Shown here: piece by piece, positions 45,433 to 60,459 of the stretch
How the letters are laid out: every line of letters begins with the position of its first letter
Position numbering within the stretch: position 1 is the stretch's first letter
Assembly: GCF_009914755.1 (NCBI RefSeq)
Contig: NC_060933.1
Direction: 5' to 3' (one strand)
DNA: 64,000 nt
DNA from: the human T2T-CHM13v2.0 reference genome, Homo sapiens
The notes under the pieces: generated by a model
The model's database searches: none
What the model was told of the DNA's origin: nothing
What the model saw: only the letters and a program-made list of their open reading frames with translations
Made by a program: the position numbers and the translations under genes

Positions 45433-46079
45433 AACAAAATACACAAATAATCCTAGATCTTGTAGCGAATTGTTGATTTATTCATTGTGACTGCAGCTCC
45501 TAGTAATGCTATTATTTGCAGGTGGTGAGTGTTGGTATGGGATGGTATGGAGCAACATTTTCCAAATTGTGGTTGTGATCAATATGTTTTTTAAAATTAA
45601 AGACGGAAAAACATCACAGTGCATAATATATAAGGTCAATGTCTTGTGATACTTGATGTATGTATGTATCACACACACACATACACACCTACACACAAAT
45701 ACACAAACATACACAATGAATTCCACAGATATTGGATTGTGATGTAATCTTTATTTCTTACTCTGAGCTCCAGTTAGAAAAGTTTGACAATCATTGTTAT
45801 AGAGCTATGTTCAGAAAGTGGAGACTTTCTGACTCACTGTGAGCTCTGCTGTATCTATGCGCTCCCTGGAGAGGGAGCAACTTGCTAAGGTACAGTCCTG
45901 TCCATTGGCATGGATATTTACTGTTCCACATGTTGGGAAAACCATGTGCAATAAAAATCAAACATATGAAACAATGGCTGTCATTGTACCACAGTATACA
46001 TTGTATCTTGGTGAAGGTTCTTAAATTACTCCTTGGAGTTTCCTAATTCACTTCAGGAAGGATTTGTTGTGTTCCGTCT
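45110..46079 (-). terminator. NMRK1: NMRK1 3' UTR with tandem polyadenylation signals
   Basis: AATAAA on minus strand at 45750-45755, 45477-45482 and 45131-45136, each followed by GU/U-rich sequence. Confidence 0.7.
45401..45430. repeat. (AC)15 microsatellite; second imperfect (CA)n at 45670-45715
   Basis: Direct reading. Confidence 0.95.
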
Positions 46080-46099
46080 TTATGCTGTCACTTGCAAAC
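46080..46099 (-). CDS. NMRK1: NMRK1 last coding exon (CLQVTA*)
   Basis: Acceptor TTCCCAAG|G; TAA at 46082-46080; exon lengths plus an inferred 29-nt first coding exon give 600 nt = 199 aa, matching the recalled human protein. Confidence 0.88.
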
Positions 46100-47281
46100 C
46101 TTGGGAATAAACATAAAAAGAAATTAATGGAGAATTCCAATTCTCATTTTATTAAATCTTTACATCAACAACAGTAAATCTAAGGATGTTTAAATTAGAG
46201 GGATTCTGGAGCCAAAAATGCTGGTTTCCTGTAAAGAACTAAATTGAGTCCAAGTCCCATTCTTTTAATCCCTGCATTAAATTTGAAGCATACCTTAAAA
46301 TATCAGATAGATATCCAATATCACTTGTAGTTCGTATAGTAATCCTTGACTTCAGAGAATGATATAGTTTGAAGACTAGAATAAAACCACAAAGGGTAGT
46401 TGTCTGCAGTATAATCCTTGTTTTGGAGTGTTATCCTTGATGTGGGGAAAGTATTGTTACTTTAATCCCTTTTCTTAAACGAAGGAAGCCCAGTGGAATA
46501 CTTGATTTGGCATAGAAATTCAATGATAAACCTACCACATTCTTATTACACAGCTGATGTTGCAAAGCACACATTTTTTGGGTAGTATTTCATTTTTGAA
46601 ATATGTAAAATGTAAAAATGATTACATCCTTTGACTACATAAGTGACACTTCTGGGAATTTACTCCAGGGATATAATTCAAAAAGAAGACAACCAACAAA
46701 GAGTAGGTGTAGATATTTTTTATGGCATGTGATATATCCATGTGAAACACTTGTAACAACAGTAAATATCCAACAATTGGGAAATGGTTAAGTGATCTTA
46801 TGTTAATTTGGACTACTGTACCAGATAATTATACTATAATTTTATAATGAGATTATATTTTATATTTAATGAGAAAAATACAAACATCTGATAATTAAAT
46901 TTTATTTTGCAACTTCTTATTCTTTTGATTTGGAACTAGACATGTGACATGTTTCTTCTGTACTAAAGGGTCAATGTCAAGTCTTACATTTCTCTTCAGT
47001 GTACAAAACAGAACTCAGCCTTGATTTTTTTTTTAACTGGAAGAGCTACTTAGTTTCATTATATAATGAAATCTATAAAGCTGCATAAATATTAAATACT
47101 AATTTAAAAACAGAGATAAGCATGGCTGATTAACTACACTGTCCTTGCAGTCTTGTAAAAGACAGATTGATGTGAACAGCAAAAAGACTGGATGTGTACT
47201 CATTAAAATGTTAACACTAATGATTGGAGGGAACACAGGTAATTACTTCCTCCCTTTTGCTTTCTATTAAACATTTAAAAA

Positions 47282-47910
47282 GGCTGAGCATGGTGGCTGA
47301 TGCCTGTAATCCCAGCACTATGGGAGGCCAAGGCAGACGGATTACCTGAGGTCAGGAGTTTGAGACCAGCCTGATCAACATAGCAAAACCCCGTCTTGAC
47401 TAAAAATACAAAAATTAGCAGGGCGTGGTAGTGCGTACCTGTAATCCCAGCTACTTGGGAGGCTGAGGTAGGAGATCACCTGAACCCAGAAGGTGGAGGT
47501 TGCAGTGAGCTGAGATCGTGCCACTGCACTCCAGCCTGGGCGACAGAACAACTCCATATTGGCTGGGCACAGTGGTTCACACCTGTAATCCCAGCATTTT
47601 GGGAGGCCGAGGCGGGCGGAGGTCAGGAGATTGAGATCACCCTGGCTAACATGGTGAAACCCCGTCTCTACTAAAAAAATATAAAAAATTAGCCAGGTGT
47701 GATGGCTGGCACCTGTGGTCTCAGTTACTCGGGAGGCTGAGGCAGGAGAATGGTGTGAACCCAGGAGGCGGAGCTTGCAGTGAGCCGAAATTGTGCCACT
47801 GCACTCCAGCCTGGGCGACAGAGCGAAACTCCATCTCAAAAAAAAAAAAAAGAAAGAAAAAAAGACTCCATATGAGAAAAATAAAAAATAAAAATAAATA
47901 AAACAAAAAA
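47282..47910 (+). mobile_element. Alu with a second Alu (47561-47863) inserted just before its tail
   Basis: ACTCCATAT duplicated at 47551-47559 and 47865-47873. Confidence 0.92.
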
Positions 47911-49539
47911 TAAAAAACCTTAAAAATAATGTTTTTATAATGAGGTGAAAATAAATGTTTTTAAAGGGAGTTTGAATGTTCCTGGTGGCTAGACTACTTT
48001 GTTTTAGTAAGAATAAGGAAATAATTAAATTTTGCCTCATACTTTGGATTTAAATAAGGATTAAATTAAATGTGTAACTCCATTCTCTTACTCTGTTGGA
48101 TAATTTATTGTTTCATTAACAATTAAATTCAGTCTTTCTTGTTTCCCCTTCATTATTATTACCTTATCATAATTATGATTTTATGTACTTAAGACTGAAA
48201 AATTAGCTAAACAAGTTTATGAGATGTGAGAAAAAAAACCCTGAAGATTAGTCACTAGAAACACTGAAAGGCCTCCCCAGCTAGCTCAGTGTGTGTCATA
48301 CTCAGGGTTAAACCAGGCTATGCTGAGGGTACCTTCAGGAAAGCTTTGCCAGGATACTGTGGATGGAAGAAATAGGAAAGGTGATAGGTTACTAGAAATA
48401 AAACAGTAACTTATTTATGTAACTGAGAAAAACCAGCATAAATGTTGGAGGTAAGAAAAGCTGATGTATTTCTGTTTTTATCCCTCTTTTAAGTTTTTTT
48501 TTTAAACTTTAACTAATATCTAGAAGCCTCAAATGGCATAGCTAAATACTTTCCTGCCTGCCTCTAGGATGTAGGGAAGGAAGGAGGGGCGTCACAACAC
48601 AGGGAAATGCACTTTCTTGTGAGCTAGCAGCACCTGTCAAAACATGTCAGCTGTTCTTGGGCTTTGGAACAGATGGTGAAGACTGAATTTGGAATGGAGC
48701 TGGTTGCAATTTACCTGAGCTACATGACAAAGGCTACTTTCATCTTTATCAGTAGGTAGATCATAAGGCCAAACTCCAGTGTATCACTTAGTCATAAAGG
48801 AAAGCTGGACCCAAGCACTGGCCATTGCTGAGAAGACAAAGAGCTATAGGTGTCCAACAGCTGAAACACTCCTGGAAGTGCCTCATTAGGGACAGAAAGG
48901 GGAGCCAATAACTCTCAGAGAAGTGGCTCTGGCTCATGTGCTATCATTTATGAAGGCTGAGCCCCTCCCTTCACCCCACACCCTCTATATCCACTCATGT
49001 TGGTGCTCTGAGATTCATTATGGAAGGCCTGACTTTCATCAAAGTAACAGATGGCAGGAGTGGGCGGGCATATCTGGCAAGGATTCTAAATTCTACTTGC
49101 AAGAAGAAAATTTAAAATGGTCCTGAAATTCCTTCAAATGGGTTCATGCCTATATGATGGGCTGATCCTGAAATCAACAATGTTTAGGATCAATGAGCTG
49201 CCTAGTTGGGCTCAGTCTCCTAGTCAAAGAGGAATTTATTGAGGATGTAGGTAGGAAATCTAATTCTTACTGAGGAAGGACAACATTTGGACTAGGGCAA
49301 TTGCTTCTCACCAAAAAAAACATATAATATTCTTCACTGCTGGAGTGAGTCATACTGTCTTCTCTGAGCCAGCTGATGATTGCATTTTGCTGGTGTTAGC
49401 CATGGAAGTTCTTTTAATTCAAATAGTTCAAATATAACAACAGCTACATCTACAGTTTTGTCCCTTAAGCATGTTTTTTCGACTTTCTTCTTCTGGTTTC
49501 TACCTCCTGCCCTGCTTTCTCTTTGGGAAATTTTTGATT

Positions 49540-50825
<1,286 letters not shown>

Positions 50826-51286
50826 AAAACCTTAAACAAACACTTCATAATACTTTTTAAAATCTTTTGTTTATCTTTGAGGTATTTGGAAAGTAGAAAT
50901 TTTACAGAAAGTCTTTAAGGGAATAAAAGAAAAGGGGAGCTCTGGACATACTAAAAAAAATCATCAGCATTTTAATTATACTGTGCCCAAAGGATACTTC
51001 CAGTCCCATTTGGTACAGCCATCTACTAAAAGTTTTAAAGTAAATCACATAAATAGCATTAAGAGATGTAACAAAGGGTACATGGTTTTACCCCTAAAAA
51101 CAGACAAAATAATTGAGTCTCCAAACCCCCCCCAGAATTTCTGATTCTGAATTATCCTCAAAGCAAAGAATGGATGAGCACAATCACTCCTACACTAGCA
51201 TTCTGGTATTCCATTCTTTCATATGTAATGAATGATTTTCCTGGCTGTTTCTCCTCTACCATCCACTTTGTTAGCACAATACTTAC

Positions 51287-51370
51287 ACTTTTGCTTTGCT
51301 AGTTCTTGTATTAGATCTTCATATACTTGCAAAAAGAGGTCCTCTTCAGATTTTGTTCCATCCAGGTACA
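51287..51370 (-). CDS. NMRK1: NMRK1 coding exon (VYLDGTKSEEDLFLQVYEDLIQELAKQK)
   Basis: Acceptor TCGTAG|T, donor AGT|GTAAGT; 84 nt. Confidence 0.93.
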
Positions 51371-51847
51371 CTACGAAGGGGAAAAGAGAGCAGTTCAAAT
51401 GCTAACAGGCTTATTAATATACAATGTTTACTTTGACACCCAACATCTCTTGTAAATGCCAATAGGTTTAACCAAGGCACCCAGGACCATAACTTAAAAG
51501 GAAATTAATAGTGATTAAAGAAAGAAATAGATGCTAGCCAGCTATAATAGGTCAAAAATATTGGATTGTTACAGATAAATCCACACTGGCTTATGTGAAA
51601 ATTATTTAATTAAAAGAGAAGAGAAAGAAAGAAGAAAGGAGGAAAGAAACAGAAGAAAGAAAGTGGTGTTGTGCATACGGCACTTTAGGTGCACTGAAGG
51701 TGTTCACCCAAAAGGGTCACTTAAGGAGTAATTCTTCAACATACTTATACATCAGGATCACCTGGGAAGCTTCTTAAACAATGCAGTGGTCTGGGATCTG
51801 CAACATATGTACAAACTCAGAATTCACCAGGCTCAGAAAATATGTAT

Positions 51848-51883
51848 TGTGTGTGTGTGTATGTTTGTGTGTGTGTGTGTGTG
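51848..51883. repeat. Imperfect (TG)n inside a MER5-like remnant
   Basis: Direct reading. Confidence 0.85.
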
Positions 51884-51939
51884 TTTTCTGCTATCAGAGA
51901 AAAGACGTATTTTTAATAAAACTGGCATAAGCAGCTTTG

Positions 51940-53340
51940 GAGAAAAAGTAGAAGTTGTCTAGGTTAAAGGAAGGAAAGGGCCTTCTGGTCAGAAAACAGC
52001 ATGAGTAGGGAGAGGCAAGAGCACTGATGCACCCTTTGGAATGGCTAGAATATGGGGAAGCTCCAGGAACAGCGTGAGATGAGATTTTAGAGCAAGGGTG
52101 TACCTCAGTACCTCAGTCGTTAGAGGCCTTGATGTCTGGCTGTTTGGATTGTATCTCAAAGATCTGGAGATGACTCAAGGTATTCAGCAGAGCAGGAGCC
52201 TGATTAGATTTGCATTTTAGGTAAAAGGGAGAGAAGGGAAGCAAGAGGATGTTCTTGCAACCAATGGTCCAAGTTGGACGTGGTGCAGCCAGAATCTCAG
52301 CATTGGCCCTGGGGGTACACTCTGTGTGCATTCCACATGGCTCTGACATAGCTGCCTATCCTGGAGGCCAACAGGCTTCTCACAACACAGACAAGTCCCC
52401 TTTATTGTGAAAAGCATACGTCACTTCTAACTCCTTTGCCTTATCCAACAGCCTTCTGCCATCTTCCCTGCATTGAGTGCCCTATTCCAGTGATCTGTTC
52501 TTAGCTCAAGCCCACAGATCTGGATGCTTACCTCCAAATTGCTACATATGTCTCCCAGGCACCTCAACCTCATTATGTGCAAAAGAGACATGCATTCCTC
52601 CCTTACAGGTCTGCAATGCCTTCACTTTTTTCTAACATCCGTCAGTTGCTGAGGCATCTGTCATCTTCCCGCCCCCTCCATAGCTGTTCTATCACCCAGT
52701 TCTACTGAGTGCGGGCGTCCAACATCACACCCTATAAATCTATCCTCCTCCATTCTCCACACAGCCAGAGGGGTCTTAACTAAAACAAGAATTTTTATCA
52801 ATCATGCCCTTGTTTAAAACTTCTCTCTAGAGAGCTTCCTACTTCTCTGAGAACAATGATCAAAGTCCTTACCTAGATTATTGGCCTTATAGGGTCTGGA
52901 CCCTGCCTGTATCACTAGCATCAATCCACTCCCCTGGTTTTCTTTACTAGAAAGCTTTCTCAACACCAGCTTTCTTTCAGGGGTTTCTCATTCCTTCCTG
53001 TCCCCTGGCCCTTTCGTGTGCCACACCCACTTTCTGGGGTAATCTTCTATCTCCCCAACCCATCTCCTTTGTTCAGTTAAACTCATTGAAGTTTGGTTAA
53101 ATGTGACTTCCTCAAGGAAGCCTTTCCTGACTACCGGGATCTCGGCAGTCCCCTAGAACTTGGTGTCGCAGAACTTACAGCAGCTGGAAAGGACAGGCTT
53201 GGGCCGCTGGTATCTCTAGCACCTGTTTCCATGATAGAATGTTACCTGCATAAGAGCAGGGGCTGGGTCTGCCTCATTCCCCTCACCATCTCCAGGGCAG
53301 CACTGGAAGGCATTCATTCAATACTGGTTGAATGAATAAC
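51940..53340. mobile_element. L2 fragments
   Basis: GATTAGATTTGCATTTTAG, CAGGCACCTCAACCTCA, GGAAGCCTTTCCTGAC blocks and TTGAATGAAT end. Confidence 0.55.
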
Positions 53341-53525
53341 CATCCAGAAGCTGACAAGAGCCACAGAGAGAAACAGAAACCAGGAGAACCAGCTATGGAA
53401 AAGGAGAAGCCCAGAGTGTTCTTGCTTAAGCATCCCTTTATACTTTTCTATGAGTCCTTTCTTTTCTATACTTTGAGGCAAATGACAAGTAAAAGGCCTT
53501 GAACAGAAGGAGAAAAGGCACTTAC

Positions 53526-53632
53526 CAACTTCCCATGTGATGTCCTGCATTTCTTGTCTGTACTTTAGATACATGGGCCACACATGGCCATCAAAGTATC
53601 CCGGAGAGTCTGGAGGCTGATAGACCCTTGTA
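53526..53632 (-). CDS. NMRK1: NMRK1 coding exon (STRVYQPPDSPGYFDGHVWPMYLKYRQEMQDITWEV)
   Basis: Acceptor TGATAG|T, donor TTG|GTAAGT; 107 nt; within ORF 53314..53676. Confidence 0.95.
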
Positions 53633-54271
53633 CTATCAAAACACGTAGGAAACTTTATGTTGACAGAAACACACAATTGATAAAGTAAAATATGAATGGT
53701 CAGGATAATGGGGAAATCACTCAGAGGCTGAATCTAAACAGGATTAGGACTACATGTACTACATGTTTTAACTCAATGGCAGTTAGAACGACAGTAACAT
53801 GGATTTAGTTCTTTGATATTAAAATTAACTTTGTAATCCACTGACTATCATTCTTAATTATTCTTTTTCCTTCTAGTGCTTTATAAGAGAACTAAGAGAC
53901 AAATAGTGTAAATAACAATGGAGAGACCACTATGTTGGATTAAGCTTTGAACTAATTGGTGTTCTTTGTAGCTGTGGCAGAACAGGCTCACTTACATTAA
54001 AATCCTAATCACCATGGGCTTGCTTTGTTTGAGGATTTAGGAGAAATGAGCCGAAAGCTTGATATAAGGCCCTTTTCTTAGAAAGTAATTTGCATTACTC
54101 CATGCGGATGACCATTTATGGAAAAGAGTTTTGCTCCTTTTGTAAAAGAGTTAAGGCTTCCTGTCTCTGAAAAATGACGTATACGCATTGCTCAATAATG
54201 TTGCTGTCCTCATTTTTCTTCTACATTTTTTGTTTTGAATTACAACTCACAAAGATGGCTTCAAAACTTAC

Positions 54272-54343
54272 CTCCTCCTCCTTTTACATTCTTCATATGG
54301 AATAGTCAGGAAATAGCTTCTATTCCATATAGTGTCAAGGGGC
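54272..54343 (-). CDS. NMRK1: NMRK1 coding exon (KPLDTIWNRSYFLTIPYEECKRRR), 72 nt symmetric
   Basis: Acceptor TTTTAG|G, donor GAG|GTAAGT; phase 2-2. Confidence 0.93.
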
Positions 54344-54424
54344 CTAAAATAACAGCATACTTAGTTCACAAGGGTTTTTATCCCCCCATTCACTCAGAGA
54401 CAATATTAGGGTGGAGATGCTTAC

Positions 54425-54572
54425 TTATAATTAAAAAGAAGAAAACCTTCGATGATTAAAATGGGAATTTCCTCAGCACTTTCCTGGTCTGTTGATACCA
54501 CAGAGTGTCTTGCGCTTTCCATCCAGCAGGAAATGGCTGACATCATTTTTTCCATGTTAAGTGCTTCAAGCA
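54425..54572 (-). CDS. NMRK1: NMRK1 coding exon (VLEALNMEKMMSAISCW...ILIIEGFLLFNY)
   Basis: Acceptor TTGAAG|T, donor TAA|GTAAGC; 148 nt; IIEGFLLF motif. Confidence 0.93.
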
Positions 54573-55269
54573 CTTCAAACAAACACACAAAAATATGCAA
54601 TCAATATAGCACAAAATTTTGTGATGTGACTTTTTGTGATGAGTATATCCAGGATTCTGTAAATATATACACCACCATTTTATTTCCCTTCAAAACTCCT
54701 AATAACAAATAATTTAGATAACATGTGGAAACTCTAATGCTGACAAACCACAGTGAAACATTTTTATTATGGAAAATTTCGAACATACAAAAAAGTAAAG
54801 TACAGTGAACTCCTAGGTCCCTATTACCAGCTCTGATAATCAGAAACCCATGGCTAACCTTGCTTTACTTATAACTTCGATTCTCTCCTGACTACACAAA
54901 AATTTAAAATTTTTAGAAGATGAAATATCTACAGATAAGTTTGAAAGATACATGACACATGGAGGGAAATATCTGTAATGTCTTTGGCAAAGAGTTAAGA
55001 TATTTAATATACCAAAGAGCTCTTCTAGATAAATAACTAAAAGTCAGACTATTTGTAAAGAACACAAATATGTCATTGTCACACTCTAAAAATGTACATA
55101 CTTCTCGAGCTAATTGTGATTTTAGAAAAGTAGCCTATAGCTTTTAAAAGTATGGTACTTAAACCAGTAGTATTAGCATCACCTGGGAACTTGTCAGAAA
55201 TGCAAATTCTCAGCTCCACTCCAGAACTACTGAATTGAGCCAACAGCACTTAAGAGTGTTTTTTAGTGG

Positions 55270-57520
55270 AAGGTTTTTAAATGATGGATTAATTTATTTA
55301 ATAGACATAGGACTATTAAGATTTTTTTCTTTGTTCTGGTGTTAGTTTTGGTAAGCGATGTCTTTCTAGGAAATTGTCAATTTCACCTAACTTTTCAAAT
55401 TTATTTGTATAGCAAGAGTGTTCATAATATCCTTTTATCTCTTTAATGTCTGTAGGATCTACAGTGATATTACCTTTTTTGCTTTTGGTATTTGTAATCT
55501 GTTCCTTCTCTATTTTTTTTTTAATCAGACTTATTTAATCTGGGGATTGCTCAGATTCTTGAAGTTTTATGTCTTAAACCAAATTTGAGAAGTTTTTTTT
55601 TTAAACCATTACTTCTTTGAATACTTTTTTAGTCCCACACTTTCTCCTGAGACTCCAATGATATGAATATTAGATCTTTCATTATTGTTCCACATTTTTA
55701 TTCATTTCTTTTCAGTCTATTCTCTGTTGTTCAGATTGAGTAATTTGTATTGTTCTGTCTTTAAGTTCACTAATTATTTTCTCTGTCATAGTTACTCTGC
55801 TAATGAGCCAATCCAGTGATTTTTCAAATTTTGGTTAATGTATTTTTTCCACTCTAAAATTTCCATCTGGTTCTTTTTTCAAATCTTCTATTTCTTTACT
55901 GAGGCAGTCTAGTTTTTCACTTGTTTCAAGCCTGTTTGCAATATTATGTTTACAGCCTTTTAATAATGCTGCTTTCAATTCTTTGTCAGATAATTTCAAC
56001 ATCTGTGTGATCATGGTATTGGTGTCTGTTGATTGGTTTTTCTTAGTCAAGTTGAGACTTTTCTGGTTCTTGGTATAATAAGTGATTCTCAGCTGTGTCC
56101 AGGACATTTTAGATCCTGTGTTATGAGGCTGTAGATCCTATTTAATCTTCTTTTGCAGGCAGTCACTCTGTTCTGGTATAGCTTGCAGGTTCAGGTGGGG
56201 GTGGATGCTCTGCTTCCTGCTAGGCCCTGCTGATGCTGTGTTGTGGGGGAAGTTGGTCCATTGTGAGAAGAGGGCGTCAAGGAGAGTGCTGGTTAAGTTT
56301 CATTGCTGCTAGTTGTGGGTAGAAGTTCAGCTTTCCACTGGGTTCTGCTGACAGGAGCTGACACGCCCTGAGTAAGGAAGGTGAAGTGCCAACCTGCTCC
56401 ACTGCACACTGCCTCTTTCCACCTGAGTACTGCCAGGTGGAGGCGAAAGTGCAGCTTCCTGTTTGGTTCCACTGATCCAACCCCCATGGGTGACGTGGAG
56501 GGGTGACTCACCCTGCCTTGCTAATGCTGAATGGATCTTCTGGAAGTCTAGCTCCGCACCAAGCTAACAAAATGAAGGGAGGACAGTTTTGCCTTTTGTG
56601 TCTGGCTAGAGTAGGGTGGATATTATCAAAAAGTTTTTCTATTCTGGTAGGCCACCCTTTTCCTTGTCCCTTTTTTAGCCTGTGCCTATGGATGGTTCCA
56701 TGTTGTATACTTCTCCTGTATATGTAGGAGGCAAAAAGAAAACCCATGGATCCCATAGCCATGTCATTCCTCCCGTCCTGGAATCTTTAGCCAGCATGCT
56801 TTCTTTTTTCCTTTCAGTCTTCCTTTGTCTGTTTGTTGCATTACGTCTAGGGTTTTTCATTGCAGTGGGGAGGAACAGTGAGCAATGGGACTAATCCATC
56901 TTGGCTGGAACCAGCAGTCTTACTACTTTTGATATATTTTTGTATCATTCAGTTAAAAATATTTTCTAATTTTCATTGTGATTTAGCTTTTGACCCAAGG
57001 AATAGATAAGTGTTTTGCTTCAGATAAACTACAATGATGTTTGGGATTTGCTTCAAAACAATATAGGTGAATAGAGTGGGTGAGGGTATAGATGAAATAT
57101 AATTGGTCAAAATTTCATCATTATTAAAACTGGATGGCGAACTCAAGAGAGAGTTCATTATACTTTTCTGCTGACTTCTGCATATCTTTGAAATTTTCCA
57201 TTAGAAAAAGTTTTTGAAAATCAGAAAAAAGGGTAATGCTTACTTTTCAAACATTTGGTTATTGATTTTTAATTTACTTCATGGTGATTATAGAGTATCT
57301 TTACATTTCTTCAATCCATAAAATGTATTAGGACTTACTCCATGCCCTTGCATATATGGACTGTTTGGGGTAATATATTCCATGTACTCAAGAAAAAAAA
57401 ATATGTATTCTGCTGTTATTAGGTGCATGTTCTGTACATGTCAGTTTTTGGTCAAGTTAGTTAATTGTATTGTTCAAATCTGTTATATCATTAGCAATTT
57501 TTGTCTGTGAGTCTCATTAG
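55270..57520 (-). mobile_element. Old L1M fragments (ORF1/ORF2 5' remnants)
   Basis: T-rich plus strand; ORF 55835..56107 resembles a degenerate L1M ORF1 coiled coil. Confidence 0.55.
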
Positions 57521-57524
57521 TGGC

Positions 57525-57956
57525 TGTTATGAGTTGAATGCGTCCCCCTATGTTAAAGTCCTAATGCCCAGTTCTCCAGAATGTGACTGTTTGGAAATAT
57601 GGTCATTACAGATACAATCAGTTAAGGTGAGGTCACACTGGAGTAGGGTGGGTACCTGATGCAATATGACTGGTTACAGAAGGAGAAAATTCAGACACAC
57701 ACAGGGAGAGCACCATGTGGAGATGTAGTCAGGGACTGGGGTGATGCAGCCGAAACCAAGGCTGCCGGAGATTTCAGCAAACACCAGAAGCCAGGAGAGG
57801 GGCACCGAAAAGAGTCTCCCTCACAGCCTCAGAGGGAACCCACCCTGCTGACACCTGGATCTCAGACTTCTGGCCTCTTGAATTGTGAGACAATAATTTT
57901 CTGTTGTTTAAGGCATTCTGTGGTACTTTGTTATGTTGCCCTAGCAAACTAATACA
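57525..57956 (+). mobile_element. MaLR LTR (MLT1B/C-like)
   Basis: TGTTATGAGTTGAATG...GCCCTAGCAAACTAATACA. Confidence 0.85.
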
Positions 57957-57987
57957 CAAAGGAAGTTGTGTTAAAATCCCCCTCATC

Positions 57988-59217
<1,230 letters not shown>

Positions 59218-60459
59218 ATCCCTTGATTTTTAATTTTTGTTTTGACTTCTTTCATATTAATCAACTATATTCCATTGAAAATGAATTATTTCCTCTACAA
59301 ACTTGGTAGTTCCACATTTTAAAACTATCCTGTTTGTGCTCAGAAAGCCTTGACTAGTACTTTGATTTACCTTAAATTTGTACATTTACCTAAAATGTTC
59401 AAGTTTTTCCTTAAGATAGATTCCTGATGTGAGATGCTTGAAGTCATGGCATGAACATGCTAAGTTTGGGACACATGCTCAACCTCCTTTCCAGAAAGAC
59501 TGTACCAATTTATCTATATACTTCCATCTAAAGTATATTAGGGCCTTTGTTTTACTGAGCCCATGCTATCACTGGCTAATTATCATTGCTTTAAACATCT
59601 TCGTTTACTTGGTAAGTGGGAAAAAAAGTAACTTGCAGTTCTTTAAGGTTGACTTTTATTGTACATTTATTAATCCAATAACTGACTGCTTCTATGAAGA
59701 GCTTATTCACATCCTTAGGCCCTTTTCCTACTGGGATATTAGTTTTTCTTATCAGTTTGTAAGAATTCATTAAAAATTAGAAATAGTAATTCTTTTCCAA
59801 TTGTTGAAAACTGTTTTTCCTTGTTTTTCACCCTTACTTTGTAATGATTTTTCTCACTAACCTCTGGACGAGAGGAAGAGAAGAAAAAAAAAATGATCCT
59901 GGCTGCAACTCAAGATGCAAGAACAGAGAGTGAGTCAAGAATTTTGCCTCTCATAAAACTATTATGTGTCTGTAAGAACTGATTGATAACACTTTTCCTA
60001 AAAGGTTATCAGTTAAAAATAGAGAACATTATGACTTTTTAAAGAGAGCTCCCTCTGTCACTAGTTTGTGTAAGTATTCAATGATCATCTTTTTAATTAT
60101 AAAAGTTAATAAGATAATCAAATATTAAACTGCCTATTAGCATGATATTCTCTACAAAAAATGTTTTATGATAGGCTGTAATCCTTTGGCTTCAAAACTG
60201 TGAGCTTGGAGTAAGGAATGAGGAGAATCCATCTAAAATATATTCACAAACCTTTCTGAACAGAGAAAAAAACAAAACCAAACCACAGTGGCCTAGTACT
60301 TTGGCCACCAAGAAGGAAAGCTGAAAGAATGAGAGAATATAGTTTGCTCCAGGCAAAATTCTCTCATGGGTGGTTGAGGGTGGCCAATGTAGCTACTTAT
60401 ACATCTTCAGAACAGGAATGGGCAGAGGGACAGCAAGCCTAACTTGCTTCAGAAGAAAA

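Noticed and set aside
47375-48040. 221-aa ORF and the many similar ORFs ([17 protein letters not shown] motifs)
   Set aside because: Translations of Alu sequence
55835-56107. 90-aa coiled-coil-like ORF in an NMRK1 intron
   Set aside because: Degenerate old L1M ORF1-like remnant without splice or start support
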